From the IMG/VR virus record IMGVR_UViG_3300045988_122406: DNA of 36,218 nt, one strand, 5' to 3'. A program made the position numbers and the translations under genes. Of the stretch, positions 25,497 through 33,168 are shown piece by piece. Below the pieces are notes generated by a model. That model was not told the origin of the DNA and did not search any database. It was given only the letters and a program-made list of their open reading frames with translations. This stretch comes from a virus. Position 1 is the stretch's first letter, and the number at the start of each line of letters is the position of its first letter.

Positions 25497-25868
25497 ATGA
25501 CAATTAAAAATTTTTTAACATGCTATAACAAAAACAACGACGCAAACATTGAGCTTGTTGTTTGGAATGAACAGGGTTGTCACGAGGAATGCTATCTCGG
25601 CTTGCCTCATCCAAACAATTACACTCGCATTGGTTCAACGCTTCGTGGGACCCTTAAGCTGACCGACAACAAGCTGCAATCGACAGACACAGCATATCTC
25701 GACATTTGCAAAGAGCTTAAAGGCGGAGATATTTACATTTTAAATCGCAACGATTTTCACAAATTCAACAAAATTTACGGCTCTGACGATTTTGATATCA
25801 ACAACGAGCCGGAAAAGACATTCATCATTGCGGTAGAAAAAAACGCTCTTGAAAGATTGGAGGCTTGA
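25497..25868 (+). CDS. 123-aa protein of unknown function (moron island gene 1)
   Basis: ORF on the strand opposite to all neighbours, downstream of the consensus promoter. Confidence 0.7.
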   Translation: MTIKNFLTCYNKNNDANIELVVWNEQGCHEECYLGLPHPNNYTRIGSTLRGTLKLTDNKLQSTDTAYLDICKELKGGDIYILNRNDFHKFNKIYGSDDFDINNEPEKTFIIAVEKNALERLEA

Positions 25869-25872
25869 CCGA

Positions 25873-26043
25873 ATGTTTGACAGAAAAGAATACATGCCGA
25901 TATATGACAAAGAGCGGCGCAGACAAATCAAGCTAAACCTTAATATCGAGCATGACAAAGAAATTTTATCACAGCTTGACAAGCAGCCAAACAAGCAAGG
26001 TTATATTAAAAAGTTAATACTTGACGATATGCAAAAAGGATAG
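25873..26043 (+). CDS. 56-aa ribbon-helix-helix-like protein (moron island gene 2)
   Basis: GGAGG RBS 9 nt before ATG 25873. The pattern KEYM..Y.KE.R.QIKLNL....DKEIL..L....NKQGYIKKLILDD is typical of Arc/CopG-type RHH proteins. Confidence 0.65.
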   Translation: MFDRKEYMPIYDKERRRQIKLNLNIEHDKEILSQLDKQPNKQGYIKKLILDDMQKG

Positions 26044-26061
26044 CTTTCGCTATCCTTTTTT
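26033..26061. terminator. Bidirectional terminator closing the + island and the convergent - gene
   Basis: AAAAA-GGATAGC-TTTC-GCTATCC-TTTTTT. Confidence 0.85.
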
Positions 26062-26253
26062 ATTTTGTGCTGTTTTTATAAAATTTTGCATTTCATAAAA
26101 ACAATCCCGACACATATCAAGGCGGCTCCATTTTGGAGTTTTAGGCTCGCCAAACATGACGAGCGGAATCTTATATCTTTTAAATTTGTATCTTTCCCAC
26201 GCTCTCGTGATGCGTTGACCGCAAACATCACATTCAACACACTTTCTTTTCAA
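26050..26253 (-). CDS. 67-aa zinc-ribbon protein
   Basis: CVECDVC...C..C pairs. TTG start after a GAGGTGA RBS. Confidence 0.6.
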   Translation of the reverse strand: MKRKCVECDVCGQRITRAWERYKFKRYKIPLVMFGEPKTPKWSRLDMCRDCFYEMQNFIKTAQNKKG

Positions 26254-26666
26254 CTTTTCACCTCATTTCCTAAAATGCTATCAACAACCTTAAGCGCTTG
26301 ACTGTGGGCGTTTTTGATGTATTGAAAGGTGTAGCTTTCTTTATCGGCTATCACCTCGAATCGCTCACCTATGATGTATTTGCGCCATATAATCATTTTA
26401 TAGAGCGGATTTCGAATTTCGCCGACCACGCTTTCAATTTCTGCTCTGACGCTCATAAGCTCTTCAACCTCGCTATCAATCTGCTTTTCAAGCGCGATTT
26501 TTTTTTCGAGAGGAGCGACAAAGCCGCCGCTTTCGCCGCCCCCTGTGAACGACAAGCTCTGTGTCATTTTTTCTGCCAAGCTTCGCAGTTTAGCAATTTC
26601 GTCGCATTTGACGCTGATTTCGTGCGACATATTCAAATATCTTTTGAGAAATTCGCTCGCATTCAT
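26250..26666 (-). CDS. Late-gene transcriptional regulator, ArpU/RinA/sigma-region-4-like
   Basis: GGTGA RBS before ATG 26666. About 138 aa with a coiled-coil middle. C-terminal YKMIIWRKYIIGERFEVIADKESYTFQYIKNAHSQALK is an HTH pattern. Sits in the last early position. Confidence 0.6.
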   Translation of the reverse strand: MNASEFLKRYLNMSHEISVKCDEIAKLRSLAEKMTQSLSFTGGGESGGFVAPLEKKIALEKQIDSEVEELMSVRAEIESVVGEIRNPLYKMIIWRKYIIGERFEVIADKESYTFQYIKNAHSQALKVVDSILGNEVKS

Positions 26667-26670
26667 CACA

Positions 26671-27081
26671 TCACCTACCTGTGCTTCCGAAGCCACCCTC
26701 ACCGCGTTCCGTTTCGTCGAGCTTATCAACAATATTTATGCTTGGCGTTTCAATTTTCACAATGACAAGCTGCGTGATTTTGTCGCCGCGTTTGATTTTA
26801 TAATCTTCGTTTGAATTGTTGTATAACTTGCAAACGATTGAGCCGGTGTAGCCGACATCAATAACGCCCTCGCTTGTGATGCCGTGCTTAACATTCAATC
26901 CGCTTTTCGATTTGAGAAAGCCTGCTGTGTTTGGCGGCAATTCAACATGAAAGCCTGTGTCAATTATGGCGCTTCCTCTTGCCGGAATAACGACATCACG
27001 CGGCGAGAGCAAGTCAAGTCCTGCATCTGTTGCGTGTCCTCTTGTTGGCATAAAAGCCGTGCTGTCTAACATAATGTTCAT
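26671..27081 (-). CDS. dut: Trimeric dUTP diphosphatase
   Basis: Motifs GHATDAGLDL, KSKSGL, GVIDVGYTGS, and C-terminal GGFGSTGR. Confidence 0.92.
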   Translation of the reverse strand: MNIMLDSTAFMPTRGHATDAGLDLLSPRDVVIPARGSAIIDTGFHVELPPNTAGFLKSKSGLNVKHGITSEGVIDVGYTGSIVCKLYNNSNEDYKIKRGDKITQLVIVKIETPSINIVDKLDETERGEGGFGSTGR

Positions 27082-27103
27082 ATTTCTTTACTCCTTATCT
27101 TGT

Positions 27104-27742
27104 TTAACAATAATCTTTAACTTTTATCTTTACAATGAGCCGTTTGCCATTTCTTGAAAGTAAATCAACAGCAGGCTTACACACAATACCCTCCATATTA
27201 GCTGTTCCTATTGTTGATTTCGGTTTAGTTTTGACAAACTGAATACCCTCGTCTATTGTACCTTTAAAAACAATTGGAACACATTCAATTCCAAGTGCCT
27301 TTGCGATTTGTTCAATACTATCACGCTCTAACCACAAATCTGCTTGTGGCATATATACATCAAATAAAATAAATTTATTATTCTCGCAATAATCTTTACC
27401 ACATTTTTGAATTTTATTTCCATATCCCTCGCCGAATAGAATTACTTGTTTTTCTTCAAAGAGCTGTTCAAACACCTGTTCCGTTTCAGTGCTTTTAAAA
27501 GTATCGTTAAGACATTTTAAAAGGAAGGGTGGTATAGTAGCCTTTTCAGTTCGACCTTGAAATGTGACATTGTATCCGTCCCAAACAACGCCAATGTTTG
27601 TGCCGTCTATTTTCTCAGTACCTATCCACAAGTTATCTTTAAGATATTCAACTGACTTATCTCTATATTGTCCCTCAATAAGTTTTTTTGTGCCCTCAAT
27701 ATCTCTTTCGAAGACTGTTTCTATTTTTGTATAGTTGTACAT
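27104..27742 (-). CDS. ATP-dependent RNA-ligase-family nucleotidyltransferase (minimal, adenylyltransferase domain only)
   Basis: Motif I EKIDGTN, motif III ILFGEGYG, motif IV FILFDV, motif V EGIVCKP...IVKIK. Confidence 0.7.
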   Translation of the reverse strand: MYNYTKIETVFERDIEGTKKLIEGQYRDKSVEYLKDNLWIGTEKIDGTNIGVVWDGYNVTFQGRTEKATIPPFLLKCLNDTFKSTETEQVFEQLFEEKQVILFGEGYGNKIQKCGKDYCENNKFILFDVYMPQADLWLERDSIEQIAKALGIECVPIVFKGTIDEGIQFVKTKPKSTIGTANMEGIVCKPAVDLLSRNGKRLIVKIKVKDYC

Positions 27743-27808
27743 TTTGTTTTACTCCTTTTTGTTCATATCTTTGTGCCTTTTTTTATGGCACTTTTTTGCA
27801 TTCTGTGT

Positions 27809-28204
27809 CTATTTTTCTATAAGTGTTAAAAAATCTGTACCAGCGTTGCCAACATAAAAGGTTCTTATTTCATTGCCTATCAAAATTTCAAAAAATGTAT
27901 CGTGTTTTTTTACAAACTCCATACATAGCATTTTTTCACCCTCAGTATTTATTCCAACTTCAAGCATTACAGGAATGCCCTTTATTTTTGTTCCGTCATT
28001 AAATATATTATTGATTTTAACTACTTTGAGTGGCAAACCTTTATACGATACAAAACTATATTCTCTACGTTTCAATATCTTTTTAAGCTCTGAAATTTTG
28101 CCTTTCATTTCTTCGTTTTCAGTTTTAAATTTCTCATTGTCACCAGAAATAATCCCTATTACTATTACCGCTACTAATAGCAGTCCTGCAAGAAAAGCAA
28201 TCAT
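27809..28204 (-). CDS. N-terminally membrane-anchored protein, unknown function
   Basis: MIAFLAGLLLVAVIVIGIISG TM segment. GAAAGGA RBS. Confidence 0.65.
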   Translation of the reverse strand: MIAFLAGLLLVAVIVIGIISGDNEKFKTENEEMKGKISELKKILKRREYSFVSYKGLPLKVVKINNIFNDGTKIKGIPVMLEVGINTEGEKMLCMEFVKKHDTFFEILIGNEIRTFYVGNAGTDFLTLIEK

Positions 28205-28210
28205 AACTTT

Positions 28211-28642
28211 CTATCCTTTCTCTTCTACCTCCAACAATTCGGGATTATCGTATATATTACCAATAACTTCTGTAGTTAAATTACCGAAATATCTGTATCC
28301 CATTCCAGTCGTATATGTTTTATACCTCTCACAACAAACGAGCCGAAATTCTGCGCCCTCATAAATAACAACCATATTTGCACTATCTAATCAAGCAGTG
28401 CAATGTAATATATCACCCTCAAATATCTTTTTGCCGTTTTTGTCGGTCAATCCTGTGTATTGTCCTACAGTATTGATGTATACTAATTCCATTTCATCAT
28501 CTTTAAATTCGAAGCAATGGTAAATAGCACATAAATCTGTATTAAGTACACCTAAACTGCCATATATAAATTTTCCGTGTAAATCTCCTAATGGCTTTCC
28601 TCTGAATAATATCTCTCTCATTCTTTCACCTCTGTATTGCAA
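28211..28642 (-). pseudogene. YopX-family gene interrupted by one in-frame TGA (28393-28391)
   Basis: N-terminal part EILFRGK...GQYTGLTDKNGKKIFEGDIL. After the TGA, the same frame reads LDSANMVVIYEGAEFRLV...EVIGNIYDNPELLE, the conserved YopX C-terminus, up to the TAG at 28213-28211. Confidence 0.75.
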
Positions 28643-28887
28643 TCTTTGATAAATTTCTCGTATTCCTCTGTTGTCATTTCTGTATCTTTGCCGTAACGAA
28701 CACGATTTAATGCAACATCAAAATCATAACAATAATTTGCAAGTACACATTTTGCGTCTTCTTCGGCTTTTTTCACACACATATTAATATAATCTTGTTC
28801 TGTCATATTCCAATGTGTAGGTGCGTCAACTACTGTTGAAATTCTGCAATATAAGCCGTTAGGTTGCTTTGCTATTAGTCCTGCCAT
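28618..28887 (-). CDS. 89-aa hypothetical protein
   Basis: ORF tightly packed between the MTase and YopX genes. Confidence 0.6.
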   Translation of the reverse strand: MAGLIAKQPNGLYCRISTVVDAPTHWNMTEQDYINMCVKKAEEDAKCVLANYCYDFDVALNRVRYGKDTEMTTEEYEKFIKDCNTEVKE

Positions 28888-29732
28888 TATTCTTTCACCT
28901 CAATCAATATGTATTTGCCGTTTGGCAGTTTGCAAGGCTTGTCAAGCTCATTAAAACACGGCATTTTTTCAATAGCTTTGTTATATGCTTTTCTGTCAAC
29001 CTCAAAACCGTAACTTTTTCGGTCTAATTCCCAACACGCTTGAAGTGTAGAGCCGCTTCCTGCACAAGGGTCAATTACAACATCGCCCTTGTCTGTGAAC
29101 ACTTCAATTAACCTTTTTAACAGTTTAACAGGCTTCTGCGTTGGATGAATTTTTGGAATTTCCTTACCGTCTCTTTCCCACTCAAAATGGTCAAATATCA
29201 TCTTGCCTGTGCCTCTGATAACCTTTCCGTTCTCATCATATTGTCTGCCATTGTTAAACTTTGGTAATTTGTCACGATACAAAACAACCGCAAATTCTGT
29301 TGCCCCAACTATTCGCATATTTGCTTTCAAAACTTGTGCTGAATAGTTTTTGCAAAGAAAAATCGGGTAATAATGATTAAATCCGTATTTTTTCCCATAC
29401 TCGACAACCGTTTGTATTTGCTCGAAAGCACAGAACACAATCATTGCAGGTGCTTTGCCTTTTTCCTTTGGCTCCGGCTTTAACAATCTACTACAAAAGT
29501 GCATATATTCAGCAATTTTAAAATAGCCGTCAGAATTAAAGAATGTGGCTTTGGCATATTTGCTTTCGCCATTTTTGTTGTCTCCGCCTTTATACCACAT
29601 AGGATTACTACCGTATGCGTTTGCTCCAATATTATACGGAATGTCAGCAATGACAAGTTGTGCTTTAGGCACTCCGTATCTTTTATAATTTTGGAAATTG
29701 TCGTGCCATAATTTTGGCTGATATGTATTCAT
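28887..29732 (-). CDS. DNA N6-adenine/N4-cytosine methyltransferase (beta-class order)
   Basis: Catalytic DIPYNIG (DPPY-like) near the N-terminus. AdoMet motif VIDPCAGSGST near the C-terminus. Confidence 0.85.
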   Translation of the reverse strand: MNTYQPKLWHDNFQNYKRYGVPKAQLVIADIPYNIGANAYGSNPMWYKGGDNKNGESKYAKATFFNSDGYFKIAEYMHFCSRLLKPEPKEKGKAPAMIVFCAFEQIQTVVEYGKKYGFNHYYPIFLCKNYSAQVLKANMRIVGATEFAVVLYRDKLPKFNNGRQYDENGKVIRGTGKMIFDHFEWERDGKEIPKIHPTQKPVKLLKRLIEVFTDKGDVVIDPCAGSGSTLQACWELDRKSYGFEVDRKAYNKAIEKMPCFNELDKPCKLPNGKYILIEVKE

Positions 29733-29775
29733 TTTTATCTCTCCTCATATCTCGCATTGCAAGCTATTAATATTT

Positions 29776-30054
29776 TCATTTGCGCACCTCACAAAAACTT
29801 GACTCTTTGTATATTTCAATGAAGTCGGTCAATTTCAAGATTGCAACCCATTCACTGTTATTTTTTCGATGCATCACAACAGGTAGCTCGCCCTCTTTGC
29901 TGTCGTGCGTAGCTTGCGCCAAGGCATCGTAGAGCCTCAATGCCTCAACTCGCTTGCACTCGATGTGAATATTTGGTAATCCGACAACGTCCGCGTCACC
30001 GTTTGCGCCGCAGAACTGCTGTCCACGCCGGGCATCAAACCCAAGTTCTCTCAA
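29776..30054 (-). CDS. PD-(D/E)XK Holliday-junction-resolvase-like nuclease; conserved N-terminus lies upstream of any in-frame start
   Basis: GDADVVGLPNIHIECKR (D...E-x-K). The in-frame upstream codons read TSRNKGKVGERELAKKL, with no ATG/GTG/TTG before the TTG at 30054. An out-of-frame ATG lies at 30118. Confidence 0.7.
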   Translation of the reverse strand: MRELGFDARRGQQFCGANGDADVVGLPNIHIECKRVEALRLYDALAQATHDSKEGELPVVMHRKNNSEWVAILKLTDFIEIYKESSFCEVRK

Positions 30055-30114
30055 TTTTTTTGCAAGCTCTCTTTCGCCGACCTTGCCCTTATTCCTGCTT
30101 GTCTTGCCCGTTGT

Positions 30115-30417
30115 TCATATCCTTTCCGCCGGTAGTGACGCTGAATAGACGCTCATTATTTCAGCTATTTCGTCAATACTCTTTGCTGAGGCTTTTAGCC
30201 TTGAAATACAGCGCTCAGCCTCATTTCTTGTTTTCGCAAGGCGATAGCCGTATGGTCCGCTGTCGATGATATACCCCTTATATCGAAGGTCCGCTATCTC
30301 ATAGCGAATCTGTCGAGCCGATATGCCGTATCGTTCGGTGATTTCCTTTGCAGTCACCGAATGACGCGAATTTTTCAGCATTGCAACGATATTCGCTTGG
30401 TTCGCATTCAATGTCAT
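30115..30417 (-). CDS. 100-aa winged-helix DNA-binding protein
   Basis: GAAAGGAG RBS. SVTAKEITERYGISARQIRYEIADLRYKGYII HTH pattern. Confidence 0.7.
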   Translation of the reverse strand: MTLNANQANIVAMLKNSRHSVTAKEITERYGISARQIRYEIADLRYKGYIIDSGPYGYRLAKTRNEAERCISRLKASAKSIDEIAEIMSVYSASLPAERI

Positions 30418-30556
30418 TTTTTAAACTCCTTTCAATTTCCTCAAATTTCAAATTTGGGACTTTTTCAAAAACGATGTGTTCGTGTTTAATTTTCGTCGAC
30501 ATCTTGCCGATATAGGAGCGGCGTTTTAAGCTCGTCCATTTTTCCGATTGACTCAT
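30299..30556 (-). CDS. Small hypothetical protein; only the first ~46 codons (30418-30556) are likely real
   Basis: The start overlaps the upstream stop. The 3' 119 nt overlap the well-supported wHTH gene in another frame. Confidence 0.35.
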   Translation of the reverse strand: MSQSEKWTSLKRRSYIGKMSTKIKHEHIVFEKVPNLKFEEIERSLKNDIECEPSEYRCNAEKFASFGDCKGNHRTIRHIGSTDSL

Positions 30557-31263
30557 TCACTCGCTCCCTCTATCAGTCTGCCGTCCTCTCGTGCCCATTT
30601 GATTATTTTTTCAAATCTGCGGTCGTCCTGAACGCTGTATTGTTTGACCTTGCTGATATAGCCGACTAACACATCGTCGTTAAGATGTTCGCCAAGCCAT
30701 AGATATTGAGCAATCGTCAATCCTGTATCGAGCCATTTTTCAGTTCGTTCATCATCGCTGAATTTGCTCAAATCGGGCGTCACACTTATAGGAGGTAGGT
30801 TATTTCTCTCATTATTTATATTATTAACCTTCTTAACCTTCTTGTTTGTTGCCCCTTGTTTGCCCTCAATTTGCCCATTGATTGGCGTTTGATTGCCGTC
30901 TGCCTGCCATTCATTTGCCGTTTGATTGCCCTTTGATTGCCCTTTGCCGTCGTCGAATTCTTGATAACGCTTGTAATTAAGCACTATTAAGGTAGTATTT
31001 TTGTTTGCCCTTTTCTTTGCTATTTCGCCTGTTTTTTCTAAATGTGAAATAGCCGTTCGCACTTGTTTCGTTGACAAACCGTTTCGTTCGGCAATAGCCC
31101 CGATTGAGGTCACGAGTGAGCCTGCCTCAATCGTCTCTCCTCGCCACTTCCGCTCCTTGTGATTGGCGTGTAGCAGAAGGTCGATGAACACAATCTTTGT
31201 GTTTGGCTCGTCATACCACTCCCAATCGACAAGCTTGCGGTAGAGCTTAATCCACCCCTCCAT
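30553..31263 (-). CDS. Replication initiator / replisome organiser (N-terminal wHTH, low-complexity linker, C-terminal domain)
   Basis: MEGWIKLYRKLVDWEWYDEPNTKIVFIDLLLHAN...GSLVTSIGAIAERNGLSTKQVRTAISHLEKTGEI is the common phage replisome-organiser N-terminal pattern. Confidence 0.75.
   Translation of the reverse strand: MEGWIKLYRKLVDWEWYDEPNTKIVFIDLLLHANHKERKWRGETIEAGSLVTSIGAIAERNGLSTKQVRTAISHLEKTGEIAKKRANKNTTLIVLNYKRYQEFDDGKGQSKGNQTANEWQADGNQTPINGQIEGKQGATNKKVKKVNNINNERNNLPPISVTPDLSKFSDDERTEKWLDTGLTIAQYLWLGEHLNDDVLVGYISKVKQYSVQDDRRFEKIIKWAREDGRLIEGASE
30844..30949. repeat. Putative origin iterons inside the replication organiser gene
   Basis: TTTGATTGCC at 30888, 30921 and 30932, plus TTTGCC(C/G) variants. 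TGCC cores at 30861, 30872, 30894, 30905, 30916, 30927 and 30938 show 11-bp phasing. An AT-rich block adjoins at about 30795-30843. Confidence 0.6.
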
Positions 31264-31691
31264 CAGAACGGCAAATCATCGTCATCGACGATTTCCTCGA
31301 AGTCGCTGTTGTCAGCTGTGGCATATGACGGCACAGGAGCGGCTGTGTTGCCATTTTGGGCATTATTGGCGTTGCTATTGCTACCGCAGAAAAAGGCGTG
31401 ATTTGCAATAACTGTGACCGCTTTGCGGTTACTTCCGTCTTTTGCTGTGTAATTTGCTGTTTGAAGTTCACCTTCAATAGCTATCATCGAGCCTTTGTGA
31501 AAATATCTGTGGATAAACTCCGCAGTTTGACGCCACGCTTGGCAGTCAATAAAATCGGCTTTTCGCTCCTGACCGCTCGCTTGATAGTTACGGTCAACGG
31601 CAATCTGAAAATTCATAACCGATAAGCCGCTTGTTGTTGTTTTGATTTCAGGCTCATATGTGAGCCTGCCTATTAATGTGATTACATTCAT
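31263..31691 (-). CDS. ssb: Single-stranded DNA-binding protein
   Basis: OB-fold N-terminus MNVITLIGRLTYEPEIK...; acidic tail DDDDLPF. Confidence 0.93.
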   Translation of the reverse strand: MNVITLIGRLTYEPEIKTTTSGLSVMNFQIAVDRNYQASGQERKADFIDCQAWRQTAEFIHRYFHKGSMIAIEGELQTANYTAKDGSNRKAVTVIANHAFFCGSNSNANNAQNGNTAAPVPSYATADNSDFEEIVDDDDLPF

Positions 31692-31702
31692 TTTTTATCT
31701 CC

Positions 31703-32011
31703 TTAAATATAATTTTTTCCGAATATCTCGATAAAATCGTCAATGCTCCAACCGTAGCGCTTCATTGCAATTGATTGCGCATATCGTTTAAGTTGTAAAG
31801 CCGTTTGCTGATTTTTGTGAGCGCTTTTGTTACCGAAACAATGACACGAATTGTGGTGTAAGTAGACGGTCAAACCATATTGCTCCGACTTATTCCGGTT
31901 ACTTGCGTTGAACACATGATGTTTGTCAAGCGGGTCATTATAACGAGCCGAGCCTCCGCAAAGAAAGCAGTGTTCCTTGTCCTTTTGTAAGATGCTATCC
32001 GTTTGTATCAC
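31703..32011 (-). CDS. Cys/His-rich (HNH-like zinc-binding) protein
   Basis: CFLCGG...HHVF...HHNSCH pattern. Located in the recombination module. Confidence 0.55.
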   Translation of the reverse strand: MIQTDSILQKDKEHCFLCGGSARYNDPLDKHHVFNASNRNKSEQYGLTVYLHHNSCHCFGNKSAHKNQQTALQLKRYAQSIAMKRYGWSIDDFIEIFGKNYI

Positions 32012-32552
32012 CCCACCTTGCGTTTAGTTCGGCTATTTCATCGGGCGTGAGCGTTTCAATGTCGAGAGCCTTGCAGTCGGTCACAACCGCCTCTATAAGC
32101 CGCGTCATTCGCTTTTGGGAGTAGCAACTCGACCCATAATAGAAACGAATGATTGATGTGTTTTCGGCGCTTCCCTCGTCGATTTTTTCGGCAAACCAGC
32201 CGAGTCCGTACGCCCCCCAAACGGCAGTCATAGCGTTAACCGCGTCATTCGGGATTTGATATTCAATTGACCGCCCATATTGGCGGATATAGTTAACATA
32301 TATCTCGTCCTTGGTGATATGGGGGTCGTTTTTTGACAACTCGGCTTGCAATTTTGAAATTAAAACCCAAAGATATGCGTTTGAATCTAAGCTGCGGCTT
32401 TTTGAAAATTTGGTCAATTTGCAGTTCAAATCTTTATTGCAAATCTGTTCTAACGCCGGCAAGACCGACGGCTCGGCGGTCATTGTGACAACCGCCTGAC
32501 CCGACGCGAAATCTCTTGACAGATTAGTGATTTGACATTTGAATTTATCCAT
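31995..32552 (-). CDS. NinB/Orf-family recombination mediator
   Basis: SRSLDSNAYLWVLISKL and the C-terminal ...AELNARWG parallel lambda Orf NRSLDQNRKLWACLGDV ... EWKARWG (from memory). Confidence 0.7.
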   Translation of the reverse strand: MDKFKCQITNLSRDFASGQAVVTMTAEPSVLPALEQICNKDLNCKLTKFSKSRSLDSNAYLWVLISKLQAELSKNDPHITKDEIYVNYIRQYGRSIEYQIPNDAVNAMTAVWGAYGLGWFAEKIDEGSAENTSIIRFYYGSSCYSQKRMTRLIEAVVTDCKALDIETLTPDEIAELNARWGDTNG

Positions 32553-33168
32553 TGGAGCCTGCTTTCTCGGCTTCCTTTGCTTTAGCTGTGAACCACTTTA
32601 GCAGACATTTCGCAATTGCATTCGGTGTTTTGTATTTTTCTTTTGCTTTGGCAAGCCATTCGTCCGCCGTCTTGTCGCTTATATTCGCAAGGCAGACTGC
32701 ATATTTGCGAGCATCCGCCTCATCCTGCTTTTTTTGAGCCTTTGCCGTTTCTTGCTCTTTTTGAGCGCTTTTCGGTGTAGTCGATTGATTGGCGATAGCG
32801 TTTTGAACTTCCTCGCTCGACGCTATCGATGTGTCAATTCCGATTCCAAGGAAGCCCAAAGCCCTGCCAACGGCAGAGGTTTCGCAATTCTCGATATATG
32901 ATGTCTTGTTAATGTAAGTTGAATTCTCTTTTTCATATGCCGTGCCGGTTGCAAGGGTCTTGCCATTTTCATCGGCAACAGTCGCCATAAAAACGCAAAC
33001 CTTGCCGTTGTCGGACTCATTAATCGACATCAATTGAGTCGAAATTGAGCCGTTGGGGAATAGGTAGCGGAAGCCTTTGACGCGTTCGTTGACTTCCGCG
33101 TAAGCCTTGCCCTTGATGTCTGTCGTGTTAATCGATTGATTAACAGCGCTTAATTCCTCATATGTCAT
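32545..33168 (-). CDS. ERF-family single-strand annealing protein
   Basis: ...VFMATVADENGKTLATGTAYEKE...NCETSAVGRALGFLGIGID parallels P22 Erf ...TGATSSYARKYCLNGLFGID (from memory). Confidence 0.7.
   Translation of the reverse strand: MTYEELSAVNQSINTTDIKGKAYAEVNERVKGFRYLFPNGSISTQLMSINESDNGKVCVFMATVADENGKTLATGTAYEKENSTYINKTSYIENCETSAVGRALGFLGIGIDTSIASSEEVQNAIANQSTTPKSAQKEQETAKAQKKQDEADARKYAVCLANISDKTADEWLAKAKEKYKTPNAIAKCLLKWFTAKAKEAEKAGSNG

Noticed and set aside
28391-28393. Genome-wide TGA stop-codon reassignment (suggested by the in-frame TGA in YopX and the TGA separating the wHTH and resolvase frames)
   Set aside because: TGA clearly terminates other genes at their natural ends. Examples are the dUTPase ...GGFGSTGR-TGA at 26671, the ATGA-coupled junctions at 6493, 7931 and 14353, and the TGA at 5328 followed by a terminator. 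No suppressor tRNA is encoded. Local mutation or error is more parsimonious.
30405-30425. -1 frameshift at the slippery-looking T_TTA_AAA heptamer, fusing the 85-aa ORF to the wHTH gene
   Set aside because: After a -1 slip the next codons are AAA TGA, so translation would stop at once. The wHTH gene is in the +1 frame and has its own strong GAAAGGAG RBS.
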